A stretch of DNA of 64,000 nt, taken from NCBI RefSeq assembly GCF_018350175.1, contig NC_058368.1, positions 142,168,001 to 142,232,000 on the forward strand, read 5' to 3'. The DNA comes from Felis catus (lineage: Eukaryota). The notes beneath the pieces were generated by a model. That model saw only the letters and a program-made list of their open reading frames with translations, did not search any database and had not been told where the DNA came from. Position 1 is the first letter of the stretch. Each line of letters opens with the position of its first letter. Below are positions 26,414-38,200 of the stretch, in pieces. The translations under genes and the position numbers were made by a program.

Positions 26414-26790
26414 GTGAGGGTGGGGAAATTTCTCCTGAAGAAAATGGTAGACCCATTGTCAATTTTCTGGAGTAAAGATAAGGATGGGCTTGAAATAGGA
26501 GAAGGGAGAACTGCATTCTCTCACTTGAATGATAGCAGTGAGATCTGACTCTGGTAAAGGAGTCTGGTAAAGGACATAGCAGAGATACACAACTGTGGCC
26601 GATCAGAAAACATTGGCTACTTGAGACAAAGGTCTGAAGAGGGAGATGGCTGCAGGGGATTCTCAGTACAAGGCAATGGCTGACTGACTCTAGGACCAAA
26701 ATCTAAAACTCCATTTTAGATTTTTCTTTTATTATGTTCCAATTCTCCTTTAATATTTTCAAGGCTTCGGTAAAATTTTAAGTATTACAG

Positions 26791-27628
26791 GGCCGTGTTA
26801 TCCGTGCTGCAGGAGTGTAGGAACAGGCCTGTGTACATAACTGAAACAAAATAGTGTAGGAATGTAAGTTTCCCCCATTCTGTTCTCTCCCGCGAGTTCA
26901 GCTTAGTGGTGGATGTCAGAAAATTGAACGGCCGTTCTGGCTGAGTAGAGAGTATTTGTCCCCTACCAGGCAATAGCTGAGTGCAAGTGGACACTACTGC
27001 ACATGAGACAGCTCTTCTACCAATATTCCAAAGGGAGGAAATTGGTTAGGCAATCAAACATATTCTGATAGTTTATAGATGGGACTATCTGGCCAGGAGT
27101 TATGTTTGTTCAAGTATGTCAGTCACATAGAGTCGTTCATGTCAGCTAGGATAAACTTGGCAATTAAATTGTAGTACCGTGTGGTACTTTATAATAAGCA
27201 TGGAAAATTCAGGTGAAGAAATAAATTACCCATGGTTAATAATTAATCATAAAGTTTTATAAAATATAGGATTATTATCTTCTTAAAAATGTCTAACATT
27301 GAGAAGAATATAAGAAAGGAAAATTGAGTTTATACCAAAAGAAAACCAGATTCAAAATGAATGCAGCCTGCTTCCCATACGACCTTTTCCCTGTTATCTC
27401 TTTGATGAGATTGGAAGATTGGAGGAACATGTTGACCATCAAGACGTGGAGTTAAACGTTTATATGTTAAAAAGAAATGTTTGGCATTTCTTTGTTTATG
27501 GGCCAAGGGAACAAATTCCTCTTGTTTCCTGGGAAAATTCTAGAGCATTCAAGATTGTTAACCTTGAATTGTTAATCACAGTGTTTTCTATGATTTTTTT
27601 TTCTTTTTTTTTCTTTTTGGTGCATTAG
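26791..27628 (+). pseudogene. Candidate decayed coding exon C
   Basis: Acceptor-like ATTACAG ending at 26790. A single frame from 26792 to 27628 reads AVLSVLQECRNRPVYI... and has a 104-codon stop-free stretch at 27314-27625 (...LLPIRPFPCYLFDEIGRLEEH...WHFFVYGPREQIPLVSWE...). Confidence 0.4.
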
Positions 27629-27889
27629 GATTCCTCTTCTGATGGTTAGTCTTGAATGCATGCTGAGGGGATTATTTGCTTACTACAATAGCACTGTGGG
27701 AAATTTAGGTTGATTTACAAAGTACTATAGTTCTTTAAAGGCACAAACATTCAAAACATCTAACTGGAGACAGGCAGCAAAGAGGGAAGCACACACATAC
27801 ATACACACATATTTGCTTTCAGCGTCAGTTTTATCACAAAAATGATGCAGTTCATTGAAGTGAACTGATTCTACGTATATATAAAATAT

Positions 27890-28200
27890 CTGCAGTGAAA
27901 TTAGTCAGAGAAAGACAAATGCCACATAATTTCACTCACATGTGGAATTTAAGAAAAAAAAAGAACAAAGGAAAAAAAGAGTCAAAAACAAAACAAAACA
28001 AGCCACCAGACTCTTAAATACAGAGAACAAACTGATAGTTGCAAGAAGGAGGTGGGTGGGAAGATGGGGGAAATAGGTGAAGGGGATTAGAGTATGTTCA
28101 TCTTGATGAGCACTGAGAAATGTATAGAATTGTTGAGTTGTTTTACTGTACACTTGAAACTAAAATAACACTCTATGTCAATTGTATTGAACAAAAAATC
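27890..28200 (+). mobile_element. Carnivore L1 3'UTR fragment
   Basis: AGTCAGAGAAAGACAAATGCCA...TCACTCACATGTGGAATTTAAG...GATGAGCACTGAG... is similar to 6900-7530. Confidence 0.8.
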
Positions 28201-28599
28201 AGATATAACAAACAAAAAGTGAGAGAAAAAATGAGAAACTGTTATTAGGAAGTAGTACGTGGTTTTAGATTGAGGTTGGCCTGAAAATAGACTATTCAGA
28301 TGCGCGGATGATAATAAATTATATGTAAACACCAAAAGATAGAATTTCTGTGAATTTTGACACTTGCCGATTCTATTTTGATAGAATATTGCAGGTTGTT
28401 TGGACACAATTATGAATTTTACAGGCACCACAACAAATTATATGCATAGTTATACTGCACAGATGTTTTAGTATCTGTGCTACTGAAATGAGCACTATAC
28501 TATACAGATATTTTAAGGAGTTAGAACAGGGGTTGGCAAACTATGGCCTGAAGACCAGATTATACCATAGCTAATCATTGACATATTATCTATATGCTT

Positions 28600-29200
28600 G
28601 GAGTTAGTCAAACTGCAAAATTTGAGGGCACAGTCCCCAAGATCGCTATCACTTTTGACACCACTGAAAACTTGGAAGATACCCAAACCCACTTTCATGT
28701 TTGGTAGTTCACTAGAAGAATTAATAGAACTCACTCATGATTATGGCTTATTACAGGGAAATGATACAGAATCAAATCAGCCAAAGTAAGAGACACATAG
28801 AATACAACTGGGGAAGGTTCCAAAGGCAAACCTTTTGTTGTCCTCTCCCGCAGAATAATGATTCGTTAATCTGTGAGAAGTGCTGTTTGACAGTGTGTGT
28901 AGATTATTACCAATCGGGGAAGATCACCTGAGCTTTGTGTCCAGAGTTTTATTGGATATTCATTCCTTAGGAATAATTGATTGATTGGTTGCCCACATAG
29001 TTTAATTCAATCTCCTGATCAACTGACACCATGTGACTCAGAGCCCTCATTCTAAATTTCACAGTTGGTCTGTTGGTGTGACCAGCTTGCACTCTAAACA
29101 AACATGCTCCTCTATGTTTGCTTACAAACATATGCTCCTCTATGTTGTAAACGAACATCCGCTCCTCTATGAACTATGCTATGGCATAGTTCACCTGCCA
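28600..29200. mobile_element. LTR-like element (MER21/MER77-like)
   Basis: CACAGTCCCCAAGA...CACTTTTGACACCA...TTCACTAGAAGAA...CTCACTCATGATTATGG..TTATTACAG resembles the MER21 group (from recall). Confidence 0.5.
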
Positions 29201-30304
29201 GAAGCATTTTTGTACCTGTTGATCAAAAATATGTTACAAGTTTAAGATACAATTAACGTCAGTGTCAATGTTTAGTCCTAAGACGTTCACGGGCAAAATA
29301 CACTAGGAAGAAAAAATATAATATGTAGGGGATCTTCTTGTTAGGGTTGGACTCAAACCTCTGAATGTTGTTTTGTTTGTTTTGCAGTAAGTGAGGTGAT
29401 TAAATTTTGGGAAAGAGCCAGTGGTAAGGGGGTTACTATATCATCAATAAACTTTTACTGAGGGTCTCTTTTCAGCAAGGTAAGGGTTAGGCACACAGTT
29501 TTCTAATCTTTCACATATCGGTTCCAGATCACGAGAGAGAAAAAGGGATTGATAGGCTAAAGCACAGATTCATTCGATTCAAAACAGTTTATTCTAGTCT
29601 GTAAAGTCAATTACCTCAATTTGAAGCCCTGTAAAGATTTTCAGTTTTTTATACACATCATTTAAGTCAAACTAAGCCATATTCTTTCTCCTAAACTTAT
29701 TTTTAAATTGTGAAAGTAATGGATGGCCATTAAATAAACGGAAAGTAAAACAGTCCATTGCTTCATTCATCTTCTGATTTTAGGTTTTAAAAATAAAGTT
29801 GTATGTCTACATTTTTTTTAAAGATTTTATTTTATTTTTTTAAAAGTAACCTTTATTCCTGGTGTGGGGCTCAAACTTACAACCCTGAGATCAGGAGTCA
29901 CATGCTGTGACTAAACCAGCCAGACTAAACCAGCCAGGCACCCCAAACGTCTATTCTTTACACTGTAGATATACTGCCTCTTTCCATTCATATATGCTTA
30001 TTTTTTTCATGTTATGTTATTATACATTTTAAAAAGACATTACTTAATGGTTATATAATAATCCTGGCATGGATTTAGTTTGTTGATTTAATCATTTGAC
30101 TTTAGTTTTCTGTATTTTCTTAATTAATGTTTGTGTTTCTTTGGTGGAGTAAAGCACCAGAATGTTATTCCAAAATCTTTTTTTCAAATTTATGCAAACT
30201 GATAGGGCATTCCAGAACCTTTCTCCTAACAGATTATCAGTTACTTGTATGATAAAATACATGCATTTTGTGTATGAATGAAATGTACAAATCAAGTCAT
30301 ATAC

Positions 30305-30330
30305 TTTTTTTTTAATGTTTTTATTTTATT

Positions 30331-30385
<55 letters not shown>

Positions 30386-32384
30386 ATGGGCAGGGGAAGG
30401 GCAGAGAAAGAGGGAGACACAGAATCTGAAGCAGGCTCCAGGCTCCGAGCTGTTGGCATAGAACCTGATATGGGGCTCCAACTCAAACTGTGAGATCAGG
30501 ACCCAAGCTGAAGTTGGATACCCAACCAACTTAGCCAACCAAGCACCCCAGTTTTTTTTTATTTATAATTTTCTTTACCTTAACCAATACTATGACATAT
30601 TTAATACTATGTCTCATTTGTATGTTTAATGGAGTCGAGTTTCTAGAAATTTTGCATGTGAGGAAGGAACAGATATCAGTGTTGTCTAGTAAGGATCAGT
30701 GAAATTTGTCTTGGTCGGTATGGTTTGTTCTGAGATGTGCTCACTGGGTTAAAGGATTAGCTCTTTATGATTCTGCAAACCAGAAGGCATGAAGTATGGT
30801 TTTTTTAAAAAAAAATTTTTAATGTTTATTTATTTTGAGAGAGAGAGAGAGAGAGAGAACAAGCAGGGGAGGGGCAGAGAGAGGGAAAAAGAGAATCTCA
30901 AGCAGGCTCTATGGTGTCAGAGCCAAGACGGAAGTGGGGCTCGATCTCACAAACTGTGAGATCATGACCTGACCCTAAATCGAGAATCAGATGCTTAACT
31001 AACTGAGCCACCCAGGAGCCTGTGGAGTGTGGTTTGAATTTCAAGTCTGCCTCCTACCTGGTGGCCTTGGTGCCTCCACCATCTCCACTGGATGTTAAGA
31101 CTTTTCTCTATAGGTCCCATCACGACCTCTCTCTTCTTCCACCCATAAATATGTAATATTGCCCCCCTGCTGCTCAGCCTAACCCCTTCTCTACACTCTC
31201 CCAATATCGGCAAAGTTATTGGTTCTGAAGTGATGAATTTCTTTCCTCGCATGAGGCAGAGATGTTTTTAATTCCTCACTGTGTTTTTTTTAAAATTTTT
31301 TTTTTAACATTTATTTTTGAGACAGAGAGAGACAGAGCATGAACGGGGGAGGGGCAGAGAGAGAGGGAGACACAGAATCGGAAGCAGGCTCCAGGCTCTG
31401 AGCCATCAGCCCAGAGCCCGACGCGGGGCTCGAACCCACGGACCGTGAGATCGTGACCTGAGCTGAAGTTGGACGCTCAACCGACTGAGCCACCCAGGTG
31501 CCCCTCCTCGCTGTGTTTCTAATGATAATACCTCTCTATTTAGTTTCCTCTCTATTACAGCTTTCCTGTCCCTAGGAATTTGGCATGACTTTCTGAGGGC
31601 TGGACCAGAAGGTAATTAATTGACTGTGTACCTTACACTGTATCCAGAATTATCCTGTCTCTCAGACCTTAGCTCCTGTCCATAGAACAAGTCTGGACTC
31701 TCTCACTCCCTCCTTCTGGCTGAACCCTTTTCCCACCAAGCACAATGTCTGTGAGAGGATAAAGGGAGAGTTTTTGTTTCCCAGTGGCTTCAGGGCTTCA
31801 AGCCTAGAGGCTGGCTGTCAGCATCTCCCACCATCCCTCCCATGATGCCTCGCAGTCCTATTATAGTTGCGCTCTGGTGAGTCTGTCTACAGGTTACCCT
31901 GCCTGACATGTTTAGACCTGTCTCAGTTCTCAACCTCTTAACTTGAGCTAATGCTCTGGGACTCTCACTCCATTGATTTAGAAATTATTGGACTTGATTA
32001 TTTTTGTGTTAACATCAATTTAAAAAATTTCACATCACTAAATCTCCATTGACTTTATTTTTCAAATTCATTTGTGTACCAAACTACAATTTAATCAAGA
32101 AACTGGTCTAATACCCTTGTGCAAATGTGATTAATTTCTTCAGAATCTTGCCTGACAAAGTAGATGCTTTCTGTTCTTATTTAGTGTTTATTTATTTTTG
32201 AGAGACAGAGGGTGACAGTGTGAGGTGGGAAGGGGTGGAGAGAGAGGGAGACACAGAATCTGAAGCAAGCTCCAGGCTCTGAGCTGTCAGCACAGAGCCC
32301 GACCCAGGGCTCAAACTCGTAAGCTGTGAGACCATGACCTGAGCCAAAGTCAGATGCTTAACCCACTGAGCCACTCAGGCGCCC
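30305..32384 (-). mobile_element. Four minus-strand Can-SINEs (~30305-30549, 30800-31020, 31284-31504, 32185-32384)
   Basis: Poly-T, (GA)n and reverse-complemented tRNA-derived heads. Confidence 0.9.
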
Positions 32385-32607
32385 GCCCCTTTGCTTTGAC
32401 CTTTGATACCATCTCTTGATTAGTGAGGATGCTTTGAGGTAGGAAAATGTCAAGATCACCAGTCTTGGTCCAGGGATATTGGTGTGGTTAAAGATAGAAA
32501 GCTTGCTCGCAACACTGTTTGGTGGCTTTCAAGTGTCTTGTAACCAAGCTCCTAAGGAGTGCGCCAGGTTCCATGAAGGAGGGGCTGTCAAAATAAAAAG
32601 AGAGGGT

Positions 32608-33060
32608 GGGGGCGCCTGGGTGGCTCAGCTGGTTAAGTGTCCGACTTCGGCTTAGGTCATGATCTCGCGGTCCGTGGGTTTGATCCCCGCTGTGCTGACA
32701 ACTTGGAGCCTGGAGTTTGCTTGGGATTCTGTGAATCCCTCTCTCTCTGCCCAGCCCCTACTCGTGCTCTGTCTCTCTCTGTCAAAAATAAGTAAACATT
32801 AGGGGCGCCTGGGTGGCGCAGTCGGTTAAGCGTCCGACTTCAGCCAGGTCACGATCTTGCGGTCCGTGAGTTCGAGCCCAGCGTCAGGCTCTGGGCTGAT
32901 GGCTCAGAGCCTGGAGCCTGTTTCCGATTCTGTGTCTCCCTCTCTCTCTGCCCCTCCCTCGTTCATGCTCTGTCTCTCTCTGTCCCAAAAATAAATAGAC
33001 GTTGAAAAAAAAAATTAAAAAAAAAATAAGTAAACATTAAAAAAAAAAAATTAAAAAAAA
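32608..33060 (+). mobile_element. Nested Can-SINEs (young copy 32802-33021 in the tail of an older copy)
   Basis: Inner TSD AAAAATAAGTAAACATTA (32784-32801 / 33022-33039); outer TSD AAAAGAGAGGGT. Confidence 0.93.
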
Positions 33061-34269
33061 AGAGAGGGTCAAACGAGAAAGTTGTGATTCATCAAAGCTT
33101 TGTAAAAAAACTAAAATCATCTCTAGACTCACTAAAACCTCCCTGTGTAAGGCCCATTCCCCAGCAGAACCCAGTGCCTTGGCTAAGATGTCTAAAGAGC
33201 AGGAGATGTGAGCAAGTCTCTACTGGCGTTAATGGGAGGAATAACATCCTCCCTCAGCTCCACAGCCTAAAGCCATGCCAAGAGATGGGCAGAAAGTTTC
33301 TGAGGGCACAAACGGAGGGAAAACAACTGTGGCAGCTGCCCCATGGACTGTTCCAATGAAAGGAGGCATGTGCTGGAGATGGGGAGAGCTCTGGTTCTCA
33401 GACTCAGAGACTCATGGATATAGTTAGCCACATCCCTGTCATCTGGTAGTTGGCCATTGGGTTACAGTGGCATACTTAACGAACTGACAAGATTATGCTG
33501 CTTCTCTAAAAAAAAAGCCCCTCAAACAAATAAAAAAAACCAACAAAGAATTCTCTCCTTGGGCAGTATAATAAAGCCTAATGTAGAACGCAACGACAAA
33601 CAATACAAAACCCCAGATATGAAGCCTCTATTTCACATAATAATTCTTAAAATAACTTTTACATTCATTTCAACTGAGTTCTCATTTTCTCACTTGTGAA
33701 ATGGAGATAATAATTCTTGCTTCCCAAAGGATTGCTGTATAGGAGAAAATGTGTATTGAGCCTCCAGCATTTCAGTGCCTGACACACGCCAGACATTCAA
33801 GAATTTTAACTCTCTCTACTCTCTCTTCCCTCTTTAGACTAGCTATTCCAAATAAAACTGTTTACTTTTTTTTTTAACTTTCAGCATGAAAGAGGGAGAA
33901 AAGAAAGTAAACTTTATTTCTATAAAAACCCGGTAGTCAGATTTGGGGTATTTCTTTTGGGAGATTAGAATATGGGTTAGGTTGCTGTGATTATTTCCAT
34001 TCTTACGAGAGTCCCTGAAGACTTAGGCCGAATTTGCAAGTTAAGAATTATAAATTAAAGGAAAAAAAAAAAAAGAATTGTAAACTGTCCTTACTCTGAA
34101 AACATTTATGAAATTGCATAGCCATTAGGTAATAACAAGTGTGATTATGTAATTTATGGTTCATGGGAAAAAACCCACAAAATTTTTCTGAAAATGTACC
34201 TACATAAAAACAACAGGAGTCCTTGTTCTGCTTCTCAGACATAGTGCACAAAGTAGTTACAGGACTGTA

Positions 34270-34545
34270 ACACTTATATTAGTACTTCACTATATTTATA
34301 TGTTACTATATACACATTATTACATATTACTATATATATTACTATGGTTATATATTTTATTATCATTATATAATTTCTATACTATATAACTTATATATAC
34401 TATAACATATAGTTATTTTAATAGAGTTACATATAATGTAATTCATAAATTACATTATATACTATTTACTACATAATTTGTATATTCTACTCTAATGCAA
34501 TTTTACTTTATTTTCATTTTTTTATAGTATTTTAAATATGATCAC
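34270..34545. repeat. AT-rich low-complexity tract
   Basis: Degenerate TATA/TATTAC repeats with almost no G. Confidence 0.75.
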
Positions 34546-34987
34546 TGGTAAATGCCTCAATATTTAGGTATATATATATGTTGTGTATATGTCATATATA
34601 TATGCGATAACGTCTTTCTGTCTTGAAAATTAAGGGTAATTTCACCATAATGTTTTCATGCAGACTATTCTAGCCAACAAAATGAACTCTACAGTTAGTT
34701 CTTGCATCTCATTGGCTCATGCCACTTAAAACGTTTCTATGATGTCACTGTTCGGAACTCAGAGTTTCAATCCAGAAGGTTTTATCACAGTACTTTGTAC
34801 AACTGTTTATATTATTAAAATGGTTGTTCTTGATCTTATACTTGAGCTTACTCTGAGTAAAGATGTTATGTGGGGTTCTTTTTTTTACAAGCTAAGAAAT
34901 GTTAACAATAAATAATCATTTCCTGAATACTTTTTTTTTTTTTTTGAACAGAATGGTGTGCTAGTCTCTGTGAGTAATGTAAAGATG

Positions 34988-35216
34988 AGGGGCGCCTGGG
35001 TGGCGCAGTCGGTTAAGCGTCCGACTTCAGCCAGGTCACGATCTCGCGGTCGGTGAGTTCGAGCCCCGCGTCGGGCTCTGGGCTGATGGCTCAGAGCCTG
35101 GAGCCTGTTTCCGATTCTGTGTCTCCCTCTCTCTCTGCCCCTCCCCCGCTCATGCTCTGTCTCTCTCTGTCCCAAAAATAAATAAACGTTGAAAAAAAAA
35201 ATTAAAAAAAAAAAAA
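34988..35216 (+). mobile_element. Young feline SINE (SINEC_Fc-type)
   Basis: CpG-intact consensus-like body with a long A tail; nearly identical to 48989-49220. Confidence 0.95.
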
Positions 35217-35794
35217 GATTAAAGTTCTCCCTGACTTCAGAAGCTCACATCATGGAGAGAGATACATTCATTAACTCTAAATATTGAGAGTTATCACATA
35301 TGCTGAGCATGTACCAATAACTTTGTACCCATAGGAGAGGGTATGAGTTCTATAACAAAAATATAGACTTGCTTTAGATACTGTGGGAAAGGAAAGACAA
35401 ATTTTGATTAAGGGTAGCCAGTAAGGATTTGTCCAGGACATATTATTGGAAATTTGCCATGAAAGATTGATTGGACTTTGATAAGTGAAAACTGAGTAGG
35501 AGAAGGACATTCTTGGTAGCAGGGACTATATGTGCATGGGCAGTCATAGGTAAATGCAGACTCAAAATATACATTTATTTTTGCTTATTGTGTTCCTGTA
35601 CTACAGAATATTTTAATCCAATGAATCCTAAAAGAATTACATCCTGTGATGTAATTACCTAAAGGATACTCAGACCATTCAGCCTCTATGACAGCATATA
35701 ACCACCTGGGAAAAGGTCATTTAAAGATAGCTGGTTAAGCTGTGGTCGGGTTAGGTGGTGAGTTGGGAGGCAATGAGCTGGATAAAAGGTGGCG

Positions 35795-36246
35795 TTGTCA
35801 GTCTGTGTATGGGTCTCATTAGGTTACAATCAAGGTATCAGCTGGGCTGTGTTCCTTTTTGGAGACAGAGGGAAGAATCCTTTCCTTGCTCATTTAGGTT
35901 GTTGGCAGAATTCAGTTCCTTGTGATTTTAAGACTGATGTTTCCATTTTCTTGCTGGCAGCTGAAGGCTGTTCCCTGGTTCTAGAGGCCACACACGTGCC
36001 TTGACTCACGATCCCTTTCCTTCATCTTTAAAACCAGCAAGTCTTCTGCATTTACCTTCCACTTTTAAGAACACATTGATTCCATTGGATCCACCTGGAT
36101 AATCCAGGCTACTCTGTCCATCTCAAGGTCTTCAACTTCAGTTACTTCTGCGAAGTCCCTTTTTGCCATGTAAGATGACATACTCTGAGGTTGCAGGGAT
36201 TAGAATGTGGACATCTTTAGGGGACTGTTATTTCGCTAACCCCACA
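35795..36246 (-). mobile_element. MaLR (MLT1-type) LTR fragment
   Basis: GGCAGAATTCAGTTCCTTG..., GGATAATCCAGG...CTCAAGGTC..., GGGATTAGAATGTGGACATCTTTAGGGG...CCACA are reverse MLT1 hallmarks. Confidence 0.75.
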
Positions 36247-36250
36247 GTGC

Positions 36251-37106
36251 TTTTTTTCCCTTTTTTTCGTGTTGTATTGATCTTTAATTATGTATAAATA
36301 CTTCCAATCGCAACACCTAGGGACCATTTTACCCACTGCTCTGTTTGGCCACCAGTCTCTTTCCTCTCTCTTCAGCAATGGTGAGCAGATACCCTTTCAT
36401 GGGGAGGAGAAATCCATGGTTTGTTGCCTTTGCCGATAACAAAAGTGTTGGAGAGCCGGGTGGCATCTTTCACGTGAAATACTTTAAAAGAACCAGGGTG
36501 TCTCTGTTGATGATCACACCAATTCTTCCCAGGTTAGCACCACCAGTCACCATACGCAGATTACCCGTATCAAACTTGATGAAATTAGTAATCTATACGG
36601 TCTCTAAATCAATCTGGATAGTGTCATTCACCTTGATGAGTGGATCAGGAGAGCAGAGGGTGCGAGCATCATGGGTGACCAGATGAGGGATTCTTTTGTT
36701 TCGATAAAGATCTCTTTCTGCATGGCTTATACTTGGTTTCCTCAGGTGTGATCCAGTGAACAGCAAAGTGACCCTTGGTGTCATAGATCAGGCGGAAATT
36801 CTCTCCAGTCTTGTCAATGCTGACGACATCCATGAAACCAGCAGAGTAGGTTATGTTGGTTCAGACCTTGCCATCAATCTTAATAAAATGCTGCATACAG
36901 ATCTTCTTCATCTCTTGTTAGGGCATGCTTAAGTCTGTTCCTTAAGCAAATGAGAGGGAAACATTGTCTCAACTTATGGGGACCAGTAGATGGACAAGAT
37001 GCAAACATACCGGTCAGCTTATCCAGCATCCAGTGCTTTGGAGCTGCTACCTGCTTCAGACGCTTCTTGGGACCACGAGTCATGGCCGAGCTAGGCACCA
37101 AAAGAG
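36251..37106 (-). pseudogene. RPS4X: Processed pseudogene of 40S ribosomal protein S4 (RPS4X-like)
   Basis: Minus strand reads: 5'TOP-like CTCTTTT, ATG at 37083, [25 protein letters not shown]..., [30 protein letters not shown], ...AKQSSG, TAA at 36329-36331, ATTAAA at 36283-36288, poly(A) remnant at 36251-36267. Intronless, with frameshifts and a degenerate TSD. Confidence 0.96.
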
Positions 37107-37965
37107 CAATCTCTCAGTGCTTTTATTCTCCTTGGATACATCCTGGAAATGTAGCCAGTGGCAAAAGAGAGGGCCACATATGCTTCTGTTGGGGTATTGT
37201 GGGTGTCAGTAGCAGCAGTGACCGCAGGAAATCTTGAGACAGGATCCACTGTGAGAGATGATGACTTTCAGTTTTAACCCGTTGGTGAACCCAGGGTCCA
37301 ATAATCTTTTGAGGTAAGAAATGTAAATTTCTAACTTGACATTTTCTCAACACTTACCAGCTATATGCTAGCCAGTGTAGAAAACGTGGAATTCAGCCTA
37401 CAACCCCTGTCCAACAGATTCTCAAATTTAATGTGTTAGACTGAGGGAAAAGCATAATGGTGTGCAGCAAAGTTAAGGAAAAAAACCGAGTTAGGGAGGG
37501 GTGAGACATTGCCACAGGTTAACAAAACGTTATCTTGGGTCCTTTGGACAACTCTATCATTTACCTATGTTCTAGGTCTTTTAGGAAGTTTCTTGGGAAC
37601 AGATCCTACATTTTTATCTCATTCACTGCTTTATTCTCAACATCTAAAGTGTTGTTTACCACTCACTAGGTGCTGAATTCATACTTGTTGAATGACTACT
37701 GTGAAAACTCAGATCAGAGAGGGGAATTGATACAGTAAAGGTCACAAAGCTGGTTTATGGCAGAGCTGGATCTAGAAACTAGCTTTGATTCTTCTTTCTT
37801 GTATCAAATTCAGGAGGCAGCTGGAATGAAAAAAATGCAACAAATGAAGCCTCCTGTATGCTGACTTTGTATCTTCCACATAATATTTCTTCTGCCTCTA
37901 TGAAATACCATTAACCAAATCTATCAGTTTAATGTCTGAAATGTGAGTCAAGAGAACTGAGTTCT

Positions 37966-38135
37966 TGGGGCGCCTGGGTGGCTCAGTCGGTTGAGCGTCG
38001 GACTTTGGATCAGGTCATGATCTCGCCGTCCATGAGTTAGAGTTCTGTCGTCGGGCTCTGCGCTGACAGCTCGGGAGCCTGGAGCCTGCTTCAGATTCTG
38101 CGTCTCCCTCTCTCTTTGCCCCTCCCCAACTCATG

Positions 38136-38167
<32 letters not shown>

Positions 38168-38200
38168 GTCAAAAATAAATAAACATTAAAAAAAAAGAGA
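37966..38200 (+). mobile_element. Can-SINE inserted in a MIR-like relic
   Basis: Consensus-like body with TSD AGAGAACTGAGTTCT. Confidence 0.9.

Noticed and set aside
33084..33359. 91-aa plus-strand ORF as a possible further fossil exon
   Set aside because: It starts right after a SINE tail, has no convincing acceptor or donor, and has no recognisable motif.
36880..37101. Possible functional RPS4 retrogene
   Set aside because: Frameshift after ~60 codons, further indels and many substitutions in a highly conserved protein.
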